This document shows positions 27,353 to 37,921 of a stretch of 64,000 nucleotides of DNA, piece by piece; positions within the stretch are counted from its first letter, which is position 1, and each line of letters starts with the position of its first letter. The DNA is from Candidatus Hydrogenedentota bacterium. Its GTDB lineage: Bacteria > Hydrogenedentota > Hydrogenedentia > Hydrogenedentales > SLHB01. The position numbers and the translations under genes were made by a program. The stretch spans positions 64,001-128,000 of the forward strand of contig CAVUWV010000027.1 in NCBI GenBank assembly GCA_963745075.1, written 5' to 3'. The notes under the pieces are model-generated. The model was given only the letters and a program-made list of their open reading frames with translations, had not been told where the DNA came from and ran no database searches.

Positions 27353-28327
27353 TCAGGAACCGGGTATCAGCACAACCTTGCCGACACTTCTCCGATCGGA
27401 TACGAATTGCTGCGCCTCGGCCGCAGCGGATAAGGGAAACTGGTGTTTGGCCACGATCCGTAATTTGCCTTTCGCAAGCCATTGCTGCAGATCCTCGAGG
27501 GCGTGGCCCATGGCTTCCAGGTCAGTCGCGTACGCCATCAGATGGAAGCCGGACACGGTAAGGTTTCCGGCCAGCAATTGGACCGCATTGACGGTCGCAG
27601 GTTCGCGACTGGCCAGCCCGAGGGTAATCAACCGGCCGCGCGTGCGTACGCATCGCAGGCTCTTGTCAAACACCTCGCCGCCGACCGACTCGACGACCAG
27701 ATCGCACCCCGCATTGCCGGTGATCCGTTTGACCTCCTGCGCGAAATCCCGCTTCGTGTAGTTGATGGGGTGGTCGCAACCCAACTCGGTTAGAAGATCG
27801 CATTTCTCCTGCGTGCTGCATGTGCCGATAATGGTGGCCCCCACGTTCTTGGCAATTTGAACCATGAGCGTGCCGAGACCCCCGGCCGCGGCCTGAAGCA
27901 GGACCACCTGGCCTTCTTGCAGCCCGCCCAGGGTCCGTAGCGCATGATACGCCGTCAGGTATTGACATGGGACCGCTGCGGCCGCCGCGAAATCCAGCGC
28001 CTCGGGTTTCGGCAACAGGCGAGCACTCTCTGCCATCACGTACTCGCTGTAGCCGCTTTCGCAAAACCCCATCACCGCGTCCCCAACCTTCCAGGTTCCG
28101 CCTTCGCCGGCCACCGCGTCGACGACACCGGCGATTTCAAATCCCGCGCCGAACGGCGGTTTCGGTCCGTTCGGATAGAGTCCTTCACGTTGCATGATGT
28201 CGGCGTAGTTTAAGCCCGACGCCTGAACCTTGATCCGAACCTGTCCCTCGGACGGCTCCGGCATCGGCGCTTCTTGTACGTCCAACACCTCGGGTCCGCC
28301 GAACTTGGTAACGATGACTGTTTGCAT
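27353..28327 (-). CDS. qor: NADPH:quinone oxidoreductase (zeta-crystallin/MDR family)
   Basis: GGPEVL, GLNYADIMQREGLY, AAAGGLG, SVGKVVL. Confidence 0.9.
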   Translation of the reverse strand: MQTVIVTKFGGPEVLDVQEAPMPEPSEGQVRIKVQASGLNYADIMQREGLYPNGPKPPFGAGFEIAGVVDAVAGEGGTWKVGDAVMGFCESGYSEYVMAESARLLPKPEALDFAAAAAVPCQYLTAYHALRTLGGLQEGQVVLLQAAAGGLGTLMVQIAKNVGATIIGTCSTQEKCDLLTELGCDHPINYTKRDFAQEVKRITGNAGCDLVVESVGGEVFDKSLRCVRTRGRLITLGLASREPATVNAVQLLAGNLTVSGFHLMAYATDLEAMGHALEDLQQWLAKGKLRIVAKHQFPLSAAAEAQQFVSDRRSVGKVVLIPGS

Positions 28328-28358
28328 AATGGATTTCCCCGTTTGATGAGTGTTTGTT

Positions 28359-29633
28359 TCAGGATGCGGGCGAAATGCGATCGATGCCGCCCATATAGGG
28401 CCGCAACGCTTCCGGTATCACAATCGATCCGTCTTCCTGCTGGTAATTCTCGATGACGGCGATGAGCGTACGCCCAACCGCGAGACCGGAACCATTCAAC
28501 GTGTGAACGAATTCCGGTTTCTTGTCCCGCCGGAATCGAATGTTCGCGCGCCTCGCCTGAAAATCCGTGCAATTCGAGCACGAGCTGATTTCGCGATAGG
28601 TATTCTGCCCTGGCAACCAGACCTCGATATCGTAGGTTTTCGCCGCGCAGAACCCCGTATCGCCCGTCGATAGTGTTACCACCTGATAGGCGATTTCCAG
28701 TTTCTGCAGGATCGTTTCGGCGTTTTGAGTCAGCTTTTCCAATTCATTCCAGGATTCTTCCGGCGCCGTGAATTTGTATAATTCCACCTTGTCGAACTGG
28801 TGCTGCCGGAGCATGCCGCGGGTATCCTTACCGTACGACCCCGCCTCACTGCGGAACGACGGCGTGTACGCGGCGTAACAAATGGGAAGTGTCTGCCCGT
28901 CCAGAATCTCATCCCGATGCAAGTTCGTTAACGGCACCTCCGCCGTCGGTACCAGCCAGAGATCGCGACCTTCCACGGTGAACGCGCCTTCCGCAAACTT
29001 CGGCAATTGGCCGGCCGCCTCCATGCTCGCGCCGGCCACCATAAACGGCGGTAGGATTTCCGTATACCCGTGTTCGTTGATGTGGGTGTCGAGCATGAAG
29101 TTGATCAGCGCCCGTTCGAGGCGCGCGCCCAGTCCTTTCAGAACGGTGAACCGCGCCCCCGAAATCTTGGCGGCCGTCTCGAAATCAAGAATACCCAGCC
29201 GCTCGCCAAGTTCCACATGGTCTTTCGGCTCGAAAGAAAACGCGGGCGGCGTCCCCCAGCGGCGTTCGAGGCGGTTCGCCGACTCATCGGGGCCCACCGG
29301 CAACGAGTCATCCACCACGTTCGGTATGACCAGCATGCTGCTGCGCAAGGCACTCTCCACCTCGCGCACCCGTTCGTCCAAGTCCTTGATCTTCTGGCTC
29401 ACGTCCTTCATGGCTGCAATGGCGGAAGACGCGTCCTCCTGGTTCTTTTTGAGGCGCGCGATTTCTTGGTTCGCCCGGTTTTGTTCGGCCCGCAGTTGCT
29501 CGGCTTCGTGCAGCACCTGTCGACGTTTCGCGTCCAATTCCAACACGGTATCCAAGTCGATATCCGCATTCCGGTTTGCAAGCGCGGCTTTGAGTGCATC
29601 CAAGTTTTCCCGGATGAGCTTCACGTCAATCAT
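28359..29633 (-). CDS. serS: Serine--tRNA ligase
   Basis: [50 protein letters not shown]; start set at MIDVKLIR. Confidence 0.98.
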   Translation of the reverse strand: MIDVKLIRENLDALKAALANRNADIDLDTVLELDAKRRQVLHEAEQLRAEQNRANQEIARLKKNQEDASSAIAAMKDVSQKIKDLDERVREVESALRSSMLVIPNVVDDSLPVGPDESANRLERRWGTPPAFSFEPKDHVELGERLGILDFETAAKISGARFTVLKGLGARLERALINFMLDTHINEHGYTEILPPFMVAGASMEAAGQLPKFAEGAFTVEGRDLWLVPTAEVPLTNLHRDEILDGQTLPICYAAYTPSFRSEAGSYGKDTRGMLRQHQFDKVELYKFTAPEESWNELEKLTQNAETILQKLEIAYQVVTLSTGDTGFCAAKTYDIEVWLPGQNTYREISSCSNCTDFQARRANIRFRRDKKPEFVHTLNGSGLAVGRTLIAVIENYQQEDGSIVIPEALRPYMGGIDRISPAS

Positions 29634-29750
29634 GCTAACCAAATTCCTTTCGGGTGGTTTTGCAGGCTCGAGATCGAAGAATTGTGCATTCGCGACAGTA
29701 TGCGCATGGCGGATTCGTATAACCAGCCGCAAGCGATCCGATCGACCGGC

Positions 29751-30647
29751 CTAACGGGACTGGCGCAGTATCTCGAGAATGCGCTCCAAATCATCGAGCG
29801 AATAGTACTCGATTTCGATCGTGCCTTTTGTCGTATCCGCGCCTTGTGTGCGCAGTGATACCTTCGTTCCCAGCGCCTTGCGCAGGTCGTCTTCGATTGC
29901 GGCGATGTGCGGGTTCCGTTCCGCTTCGTGCGTTGCGCGCGGCTTTGCCGGCGTGGCCAGCTTCTCCGTCTGCCGCACCGACAGCCCGCGCTCGATAATC
30001 GTCCGGCACGCCGCACTCTGTTCTTTCGCCGAGGTGAATGCCAGCAGTGCCCGCGCGTGGCCCATGCTGATCGCGCCTTCGGCCACAGCCCGTTGCACTT
30101 CCGCCGGCAGATTCAGGAGCCGTAGCGTGTTGGTCACCGTCGTCCGTTTCTTGCCGACCTCGACGGAGAGTTCCTCCTGGGTCCAACCGAATTCGTTAAT
30201 CAATGCCTGATAGGCTTCGGCTAATTCGATCGCGTTCAGATCCTCGCGCTGGATGTTTTCGATCAGGCCCAGCTTGAGCATCTCGCTGTCGGAAACGTCT
30301 CGGGATAGAGCCGGCACCGTGTCCAGCCCGGCCATGATCGCCGCACGCACGCGCCGTTCGCCGCTCACCAACTCGTAGCCCGAACCCGCTTTCCGCACAA
30401 TCACCGGCTCGACTACGCCTTCCCGCCGGATCGATTCAGCCAGTTCTTCCAGGGCCTCCTCGTTAAACGACACGCGTGGCTGCTTGGGGTTGGGTTTCAG
30501 CCCGTGGGGATCGAGGCGCAGGACGCGGTCCTCGTCCGACGCCGGACTGGACGGCGTCGCCGTGGTCTCCTCGGTTTCGTCCCGCGCGGGGCCCGAAATC
30601 AGCGCGCCCAGCCCACGTCCCAATCCGCCCTTTCGCACTTTAGCCAC
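29751..30647 (-). CDS. parB: Chromosome partitioning protein ParB/Spo0J
   Basis: GLGRGLGALI, PNPKQPR, GERRVRA, IENIQREDLN, GHARALL. Confidence 0.97.
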   Translation of the reverse strand: MAKVRKGGLGRGLGALISGPARDETEETTATPSSPASDEDRVLRLDPHGLKPNPKQPRVSFNEEALEELAESIRREGVVEPVIVRKAGSGYELVSGERRVRAAIMAGLDTVPALSRDVSDSEMLKLGLIENIQREDLNAIELAEAYQALINEFGWTQEELSVEVGKKRTTVTNTLRLLNLPAEVQRAVAEGAISMGHARALLAFTSAKEQSAACRTIIERGLSVRQTEKLATPAKPRATHEAERNPHIAAIEDDLRKALGTKVSLRTQGADTTKGTIEIEYYSLDDLERILEILRQSR

Positions 30648-31398
30648 GAGCGATCACCTCCCTCGCGAGCGCAAGATAAGCCGTTGCGCCCGGCGATTTC
30701 AGGTCGTACAGGATTACCGGTTTGCCGAAGCTCGGCGCTTCGCTCAAGGTCACATTGCGCGGAATCACCGTCTCATACACCTTGTCGCCCAGGTGGGAGC
30801 GCACATCCTCGACCACCTGTCGCGACAGGTTGGTGTGCTGATGCATCGTCAGCAACACGCCTTCCACCTTCAAGCCGGAGTTCAAATTGTCGCGCACTAA
30901 TTTGATGGTTTGCAGCAATTCGCTCAAACCTTCCAACGCATAGTATTCGCATTGCAACGTGATCATCACTGCGTTCGCCGCGACCAGCCCGTTGACCGTC
31001 AACAGGCTCAGCGATGGCGGGCAATCGACAAGCACATAATCGTATTCGTCCCGAATGGGGTCCAGGCAACGCCGCAGCCGGAATTCTCGCGCTTCAATGC
31101 CGACGAATTCGACCTCCGCCCCGACGAGCTGCCGGTTCGACGGCACCAGGAACAGGTTGTCCAACATGGTCGGTTGCACCACCTGGCTCAGCGGCACGTG
31201 ATCCACTATCGCGTCATATAGCGTGTGCGCGAGGGCGTTCTTGTTCACGCCCATTCCGCTGGTCGCGTTACCTTGCGGATCGAGGTCGATCAGCAGCACC
31301 TTGCGGCCCGCCGCCGCGATGGACGCCGATACATTCACCGCCGTCGTGGTCTTACCCACGCCGCCTTTCTGATTCGCTATGGCGATGACTCGACCCAT
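30640..31398 (-). CDS. parA: Chromosome partitioning ATPase ParA/Soj
   Basis: NQKGGVGKTT, DLDPQGN, DCPPSL, QCEYYALEG, LSEAPSFG. Confidence 0.97.
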   Translation of the reverse strand: MGRVIAIANQKGGVGKTTTAVNVSASIAAAGRKVLLIDLDPQGNATSGMGVNKNALAHTLYDAIVDHVPLSQVVQPTMLDNLFLVPSNRQLVGAEVEFVGIEAREFRLRRCLDPIRDEYDYVLVDCPPSLSLLTVNGLVAANAVMITLQCEYYALEGLSELLQTIKLVRDNLNSGLKVEGVLLTMHQHTNLSRQVVEDVRSHLGDKVYETVIPRNVTLSEAPSFGKPVILYDLKSPGATAYLALAREVIARG

Positions 31399-31503
31399 AT
31401 TCCCAGCCGTCGATTTAGTATGGAACGCCCTGGACACATGCGGTTATGGTGCCCCCAAAACACGGGAAAAGGCCCATGAATACACCGGCCCCTCAAGCGC
31501 GCT

Positions 31504-31533
31504 ATCATACGGTTCAGCGAGTCCGAGAGTCAA
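31504..31533 (-). promoter_or_regulatory. Putative sigma70 promoter of parA-parB
   Basis: Minus strand TTGACT-N18-TATGAT about 105 nt upstream of parA. Confidence 0.5.
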
Positions 31534-31594
31534 TTTGCGGCCTCCGAATGAGCCCGCCTCCCTTCGCCTTCGTGGGCCCGTGCCCAGGCTTCCC

Positions 31595-32035
31595 CTACAG
31601 CCCGAACTGCTTCATATGATGCTCGAAGTGGAGAACATGCATCCGGGCCCAGCCATCCACGCCGATATTGCCAAAGAAAGGATGTCGCGCTGGTTGAAAT
31701 TCGTCGCTTTGCACCAGGTTGAGGTATTCCTCCAGTACGGCGTGGAGCGTTTCGACATCGCCCGTTGGGAGGCTTCCGCCGGGATTCGGCGCCTTGACAT
31801 TCCTGGGAATTCGAAGAATCCCTGCGGAGACAAGCGGCCACACCAGTCGCCGCGTGAACCAACTGCCCACAAACGGCAACTTCGGGCCGCGACCCATGGA
31901 ATAGCGAACGGCGGCGGTCAGGTGGCCAACCATTTGTTCCGAGGACATGGCGCCCCATGCGGCCCGCATTTCCGGATGCAACGTGCCGAGCCGGGCCACA
32001 AGTTCGTTCACGTAATCATGGTCGAGTGCGCGCAT
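31595..32035 (-). CDS. DUF1569 / DinB-superfamily protein
   Basis: WGAMSSEQMVGH, HPFFG, HFEHHMKQFG motifs. Confidence 0.85.
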   Translation of the reverse strand: MRALDHDYVNELVARLGTLHPEMRAAWGAMSSEQMVGHLTAAVRYSMGRGPKLPFVGSWFTRRLVWPLVSAGILRIPRNVKAPNPGGSLPTGDVETLHAVLEEYLNLVQSDEFQPARHPFFGNIGVDGWARMHVLHFEHHMKQFGL

Positions 32036-32041
32036 ACGTCG

Positions 32042-33253
32042 CTACTCGTATCGCAGCGCTTCAACCGGATCGACGCTGGCTGCCTTGACCGCGGGATACG
32101 CGCCGAAAAACACCCCCACGGTCGCGCTGAACCCGAACGCCACCAGGATCGACCACATCGATGCGTGCACCGGGAACTGGGGATAGAAGAACCGCATCGC
32201 ATACGTGCCGCCATACGCCAGGATAATTCCCGCGATGCCACCGATACAACTCAACGTGATCGACTCGATGACGAACTGGAGGCCGATGTCGCGCCGGGTC
32301 GCGCCCACCGCCTTGCGAATGCCCACTTCCCGCGTTCGCTCCCGAACGGATACCAGCATGATGTTCATAATCCCGATACCGCCCACCAACAGCGAGATGG
32401 ACGCGATGCCGGAAAGCATCACCTTGAGCGCGACGAAGATCTTGTCCAGCGTTTGCAGCATCGTCGTCTGATCGATGATGGTGAAATCCTCCGTGTAATC
32501 GTGGGCCGCCGTCAAAATGCTCCGAACCGAATCGGTGGCAGCGGCGATTTCGTCAGGGCTGCTGGCCTGGACGACAATCTGGTACAACTCGTCCTCTCCG
32601 CCGTAGAACATTTGCTGCGCGCTCAGCAAGGGGACCACGGCGATATCGTCGATGTTTATGCCCAGCGTCACACCCTTGGGCTCGAGAGTCCCGACCACCA
32701 GGTGTTTGCTGCGGTTGATGGAAACCTTCTGATACATGGCGTTGCTGTTGCCAAACAGCTCGTCTTTCAGTTTGGCGCCCAGCAGGCAGACCTTCATGTT
32801 GCGGTCCAGATCGGTCTCATTGATAAACCGGCCCCGGTTGACGTGAATGTCCCGGATGCGTTCGATAGCGGGGGAAACCCCAAATATCATGCAATTGCGC
32901 TCGCGGTCGCCGTATCGCACCGCGCCCGCCCCAACCACCTCGGGCGATACGTCCTTGATGCCGACGCCACGGCGCTCGATTTCCTTGGCATTTTCGTAAG
33001 TAAGTTTGCGAAAACTGCCCGCCACGATGGGCATCATCCCGGATGTTTCCTGTTTGCCTGGCGTGATGATCAAGAGATTCGTGCCCAAGTCGGCGAATTC
33101 CTTGGACACGTAAGCCTGCGCCCCCTCGCCCAACGCGACCAGCAGCACGACTGCAAGCACGCCAATCGTGACGCCGACCATCGTGAGAAAAGCACGGACC
33201 CGGTTTTGCACGATCGACTCTACGGCAACGCCAAAATACTCAACCCAACTCAT
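32042..33253 (-). CDS. MacB/FtsX-family ABC transporter permease
   Basis: RAFLTMVGVTIGV, ISLLVGGIGIMNIMLVSVRERTREVGIRKAVGA, PVEALRYE. Confidence 0.95.
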   Translation of the reverse strand: MSWVEYFGVAVESIVQNRVRAFLTMVGVTIGVLAVVLLVALGEGAQAYVSKEFADLGTNLLIITPGKQETSGMMPIVAGSFRKLTYENAKEIERRGVGIKDVSPEVVGAGAVRYGDRERNCMIFGVSPAIERIRDIHVNRGRFINETDLDRNMKVCLLGAKLKDELFGNSNAMYQKVSINRSKHLVVGTLEPKGVTLGINIDDIAVVPLLSAQQMFYGGEDELYQIVVQASSPDEIAAATDSVRSILTAAHDYTEDFTIIDQTTMLQTLDKIFVALKVMLSGIASISLLVGGIGIMNIMLVSVRERTREVGIRKAVGATRRDIGLQFVIESITLSCIGGIAGIILAYGGTYAMRFFYPQFPVHASMWSILVAFGFSATVGVFFGAYPAVKAASVDPVEALRYE

Positions 33254-33462
33254 GGGGTCTCCTTGTTGCGTCTGACGGCTGGGACGCTTGAACTCCGCAG
33301 CCCCGCACACACCTGCCGATGATAGCATACCGCAAAGGGTCGCCGGTACGGTGGTCTTGATCGAAGAGCCGCTGCCCTTTACGATAGACTTCTAACGGTT
33401 GCACGCGCGTGGGACCGTCATTCCGAACCCGAGGGGCGCCCTGTACAGATCGGGAGGTTGTC

Positions 33463-34125
33463 ATGTATTACATTATCGTCGGCGCCGGCCACGTCGGTTC
33501 CAATCTCGCGCAGATCGCGCTCGATGACGGCCACGAGATCGCCCTGATCGAGAACGATGCGGCCCGGGCGGCTGCGGCCAACGAACAGTTTGACGCCCTT
33601 GTGCTTCATGCCGATATCGCCCAAAGCGGAATTCTCACGGAAGCCGGCATCGGCCGCGCGGACGCACTGGTCGCGACCACGGGCGACGACTCCGCCAACC
33701 TGATGGCCATGTTTCTCGGGAACGAGCAAAACGTCAAAACGCTGATCAGTATCGTGAACGACCGCGGTCATACCTCGTTGTTCGAGCGCATCGGTGTGAA
33801 AGTCTTCTTCGATCCCGACTTGCTCGTCGCCCAGCAGTTGTACCGCATGGTCCGTACGCCCAGCGCGCACGAACTCGTGGCGCTCCCGGACGGCGGCGAA
33901 ATGTTCGATATCACCATCCCGGAGGGCGCGCCGCTGGCCGGCCTCACCCTCGCCGAGGCCGCGAAGAAGAAAATTGTTCCTCATGGCTTCGTTTTCGTTT
34001 CGCTTCGTCGTGGAAAAATCGTGCACGCCCCGAACGGCGGGAGCCGCATCGAGAGCGGCGATCATCTCACCATCTTCTCCGAAAACCCTGTCAACGAGAA
34101 CCATCTCAAAGCCTTGACCGGCTAA
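33463..34125 (+). CDS. trkA: TrkA/KtrA-family K+ transport regulatory subunit (RCK_N + RCK_C)
   Basis: IIVGAGHVG Rossmann motif, ATTGDDSANL, C-terminal GDHL; GGAGG RBS. Confidence 0.93.
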   Translation: MYYIIVGAGHVGSNLAQIALDDGHEIALIENDAARAAAANEQFDALVLHADIAQSGILTEAGIGRADALVATTGDDSANLMAMFLGNEQNVKTLISIVNDRGHTSLFERIGVKVFFDPDLLVAQQLYRMVRTPSAHELVALPDGGEMFDITIPEGAPLAGLTLAEAAKKKIVPHGFVFVSLRRGKIVHAPNGGSRIESGDHLTIFSENPVNENHLKALTG

Positions 34126-34134
34126 TACCGCACC

Positions 34135-35646
34135 GTGGGAGCCTACACCAAAATCGTCTTTCGGAACCTCGGGCTGCTTTTGCACGTTCCGGGTATCATG
34201 GCACTCGCGGTGGTCCCGCTCTGTTTCTGGTGGGAGGAAGATTATGCGGTCTTCTATTTCGGGGTCACGGCACTGGTTTCTATCGTGGCCGGCCAACTCC
34301 TCTACCACCTGTTGCGCGATGCCGGCGAGACGCGCCTAAGCCACGGCATGACCACCGCGGCTCTCGGCTGGCTGATCATTCCGGTTCTCGGAGCGGTTCC
34401 CATTTGGGGCGCTGCCGAATCGCTGGCTTCCCTTCGTTTGACTCCTCAGTCCATTATCGAGTTTCGCGACCCGCTCAACGCCCTCTTCGAATCCTTCTCG
34501 GGCTTTACAGGCACAGGACTTACGATGGCGATCCAACCCAGCCGTTTACCCGCCTGCATTCAGTGGTGGCGCACCTTCACGGAATGGATCGGCGGGGTCG
34601 GCGTCATCGTATTGATGCTCACCATCGTGCGTCTGAATGCGGGCGCCTTCCGCCTGTATTATTCCGAGGGGCGCGAGGATAAAATCGCGCCCACCGTAAC
34701 CTCCACGGTCCGAACCATCTGGTGGATCTACCTGCTGCTGACGGCCCTCAGCATTGTCGTCCTCAAGCTGCTCGGGATGCAGTGGTGGCCCGCACTAAAC
34801 TACGGCATGACCGGTATCGCCACCGGCGGCTTCGGCGTCACGGACAACAGCTTCGGCGATTTCGGCCCCAACGTGAAAGTGGCCGGAATGGTCATCATGT
34901 TTGCCGGCGCCGTGAGCTTCGCGGTCTATTACCAGGTTATCCGCAAAGGGAATTTTGCCGCGTTCTACAACGACACCCAGCACCGGTTGCTGACCCTCTT
35001 CGCCGTTGTTGGGATGGCGCTCGCCGTACTCGAGTTGCGTTGGTACCGGGGCGCCTGGGCTTTTGTGGATCCCGCGTTTCAATGGATTTCCGCCCTCTCT
35101 ACAGCCGGGCTCCAGAGTGTGGACCTGAACCAGTGGAGCCCGAGCGGCCAATTGCTCCTTACCCTCGGGATGCTTATCGGCGGCGCTGCGGGTTCCACCG
35201 TCGGCGGTCTCAAGATTGTGCGCGTGGCATTGTTGGAACGAGGTATCGCGTGGCGATTTCAACGAATTCGAAAGAAACCCCACCAACTCCAACGTTATGA
35301 GTTCAACGGCGAAGTTTGGTCGGAGGAAGAAGCACAGGACCGCATCGAAAGCGCGGCCATCCTAACGATTCTCTGGGTAGTCGTTCTCTGGACGGCGATT
35401 GTAATTCTCGTCCACTTCGTGCCGGAGAAATACACCCTCGCGGAAGTGATCTTGGAAGTGGCATCAGCCCAGGGGAATGTCGGCCTGTCCACCGGCATCA
35501 CCAATCCCGGCCTGCATGGACTCGGGAAAATCACGCTGATCCTGGTCATGTGGATGGGCCGCCTCGAAATCGCCCCGGCCCTCGTGCTCATCTTGGCCCC
35601 GGTCGATACGATCCGCCGATGGATCGAGCAGCGTTGGTCGCGTTGA
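34135..35646 (+). CDS. trkH: TrkH potassium uptake protein (copy 3, divergent subtype)
   Basis: FESFSGFTGTGLT, WIGGVGVI, IATGGF, GGAAGSTVGGLK, SAQGNVGLSTG, MGRLE. Confidence 0.93.
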   Translation: MGAYTKIVFRNLGLLLHVPGIMALAVVPLCFWWEEDYAVFYFGVTALVSIVAGQLLYHLLRDAGETRLSHGMTTAALGWLIIPVLGAVPIWGAAESLASLRLTPQSIIEFRDPLNALFESFSGFTGTGLTMAIQPSRLPACIQWWRTFTEWIGGVGVIVLMLTIVRLNAGAFRLYYSEGREDKIAPTVTSTVRTIWWIYLLLTALSIVVLKLLGMQWWPALNYGMTGIATGGFGVTDNSFGDFGPNVKVAGMVIMFAGAVSFAVYYQVIRKGNFAAFYNDTQHRLLTLFAVVGMALAVLELRWYRGAWAFVDPAFQWISALSTAGLQSVDLNQWSPSGQLLLTLGMLIGGAAGSTVGGLKIVRVALLERGIAWRFQRIRKKPHQLQRYEFNGEVWSEEEAQDRIESAAILTILWVVVLWTAIVILVHFVPEKYTLAEVILEVASAQGNVGLSTGITNPGLHGLGKITLILVMWMGRLEIAPALVLILAPVDTIRRWIEQRWSR

Positions 35647-35667
35647 CCGCGCGCCGGTCAACGCAAT

Positions 35668-37014
35668 CTACTCGATTGCACCCACCTTCTTCGCCAACTG
35701 CTTGGCCAGAGTTTCTGCCGTCTTTAACCGGTCGTGCTGCACCATGACCCGCACGATGGGCTCCGTACCCGACGGCCGAATCACCACCCGGCCGCTACCC
35801 TGGAGTTCCTGTTCCGCAGCCAGTCGCACCGCCTCCAATGCGTCATCCGTGGGGACCGGTTTGCCGTTCAGCGGCACGGACACGTGCGACTCCGGCAAGG
35901 GTTGGTACGCCCTGGCCAATGCGGAAAGCGGCTGCTCCCGGCGAATCATTGTCGCCAACACCTGCAACGCGGCGATGAGCGCGTCCCCGGTCACGTTGTG
36001 CTCCAGCATCACCAGGTGCCCGGACGATTCGCCTCCAACGATAAGACCGTGCTCGCGCATTGCTTCCACAACGTAGCGGTCGCCCACCTTCGTCCAAATG
36101 ACCTTGCCGCCCAACGGTTCCAGGGCCCGTTGAAGCCCGCCGTTCGCCATGATTGTGGTCGCGATGGTCTTCTGCGGCAACAGATTCCGTTCGAGCAGGT
36201 CCACCCCGAGGATCGTGAGCAGCGCATTGCCGTCCAGTAATCGGCCTTCCTCGTCCGCCATCACGATCCGGTCGCCGTCGCCGTCGAAGGCCACGCCGAC
36301 GTCCGCGCGTTCGCGGATGACCGTCGCGCGCATATCCTCCGGATGGACTGACCCGCAACCCTCGTTGATATTGCGACCATTTGGCAGACTGTGAATCGGG
36401 ATGACCTCGGCCCCGAGTTCGCGCAGGCTGTTCGGCGCCACTTTGTACGCGGCCCCGTTCGCGCAGTCGCAGACAATCCGCAGCCCGTCCAGTCGCATCC
36501 CCTTTGGGAACGTCGCTTTGGCGAACTCGATGTACCGGCCGACCGCGTCGTCAATGCGCCGCGCCGTGCCGATTTCTTCCGCCGTGGGGCGCATCCCGTC
36601 AATCTCACCGTTTACCACGAGCCGGGAGATCTCGTCTTCCATATCGTCGACGAGTTTGAATCCATCGCGCCCGAAAAACTTGATGCCATTGTATTGAAAT
36701 TCGTTGTGGGAGGCCGAAATCATGATGGCCGCGTCACACCGCAGGCTCCGCATGATATACGAAACACCTGGCGTCGGGAGCGGACCCACCAGCAAGACAT
36801 TGACGCCCATCGAGCAGAGCCCCGCCGTCAATGCGTTCTCGATCATATAACCAGAAATGCGCGTGTCTTTGCCGATGAGAATGGTGTGGCGGCGCGCCTC
36901 CTGCTGAAAGATATATCCCGCGGCGCGGCCGACTTTCAGGGCCGTCTCCGCCGTCATGGGATGAACGTTGGCGATCCCCCGAATACCATCCGTTCCAAAC
37001 ATACGATCACTCAT
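35668..37014 (-). CDS. glmM: Phosphoglucosamine mutase
   Basis: FGTDGIRG, GKDTRISG, ISASHN, FDGDGDR, GGESSGH, RPSGTEP. Confidence 0.97.
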   Translation of the reverse strand: MSDRMFGTDGIRGIANVHPMTAETALKVGRAAGYIFQQEARRHTILIGKDTRISGYMIENALTAGLCSMGVNVLLVGPLPTPGVSYIMRSLRCDAAIMISASHNEFQYNGIKFFGRDGFKLVDDMEDEISRLVVNGEIDGMRPTAEEIGTARRIDDAVGRYIEFAKATFPKGMRLDGLRIVCDCANGAAYKVAPNSLRELGAEVIPIHSLPNGRNINEGCGSVHPEDMRATVIRERADVGVAFDGDGDRIVMADEEGRLLDGNALLTILGVDLLERNLLPQKTIATTIMANGGLQRALEPLGGKVIWTKVGDRYVVEAMREHGLIVGGESSGHLVMLEHNVTGDALIAALQVLATMIRREQPLSALARAYQPLPESHVSVPLNGKPVPTDDALEAVRLAAEQELQGSGRVVIRPSGTEPIVRVMVQHDRLKTAETLAKQLAKKVGAIE

Positions 37015-37843
37015 GATTTCCCCGTCCAATAACGGCGTCACTCATTCGAGCCACGCGCGCCATTCGTTTGACATCGTGTACCCGCACCGCGTCGGCGCCG
37101 TTCGCGATAGCGATCGCCACCGTCGCTGCGGTTCCCTCCATTCGTTCATGCAACGGCGCGTCCAGGACGGCGCCGATTGTCGACTTGTTCGACGTGCCGA
37201 TCAGCACCGGGCGTCCAAATCGCTTGAACTCCTGCAACCGCCGCAATACGATCAGATTATGCTCCCCCGTCTTTCCGAATCCAAAGCCGGGGTCCAACCA
37301 GATCGATTGCTCCGCGACCCCCCGGTGTACGGCAAACGACATCCGCTCTTCGAAGAACGCGCAAATATCGTCCACCACGTCATCGTAATGCGGACTCTGC
37401 TGCATGGTCCGGGGCGTGCCCAGCATGTGCATCAGGACCACGTCGCACCCCGCTTCCGCGACCGCCTCCGCCATCGCCGGATCGCCGCGCAATGCCGTGA
37501 TATCGTTCACCATCGCCACGCCCTCGGCCAACGCCGCGCGGGCCGTATCGGCGTGGTAAGTATCGATGGAAATTGGCGCGCCCAGCGGAGCCAGCCGTGC
37601 GATGACGGGCAGCACACGCGCCTGTTCCTCATCCGGCGTCAGCGGCGCCGCCCCCGGGCGCGTCGACTCGCCACCGACGTCCAATAGATCCGCGCCATCG
37701 CGGACAAAGTTCCGCGCGTGCACCTCGGCCTGTGCGGGATTGGTAAGAATTCCCCCATCAAAAAAAGAATCGGGCGTGACATTCACCACGCCCATAACAA
37801 GCGTCTTTTGACCGACTTGCGCCTGAATGGCTGCCGTTGTCAT
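37007..37843 (-). CDS. folP: Dihydropteroate synthase
   Basis: MGVVNVTPDSF, GGESTRPG, ISIDT, DPGFGFGK, VRVHDV. Confidence 0.97.
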   Translation of the reverse strand: MTTAAIQAQVGQKTLVMGVVNVTPDSFFDGGILTNPAQAEVHARNFVRDGADLLDVGGESTRPGAAPLTPDEEQARVLPVIARLAPLGAPISIDTYHADTARAALAEGVAMVNDITALRGDPAMAEAVAEAGCDVVLMHMLGTPRTMQQSPHYDDVVDDICAFFEERMSFAVHRGVAEQSIWLDPGFGFGKTGEHNLIVLRRLQEFKRFGRPVLIGTSNKSTIGAVLDAPLHERMEGTAATVAIAIANGADAVRVHDVKRMARVARMSDAVIGRGNHE

Positions 37844-37921
37844 TATCTCGAACCCGCATTCCTCACCGTCCGCGCTCCAACCGGCTGCGCGAACAGACAT
37901 CGGGACAGTGAGCAATCCGGA

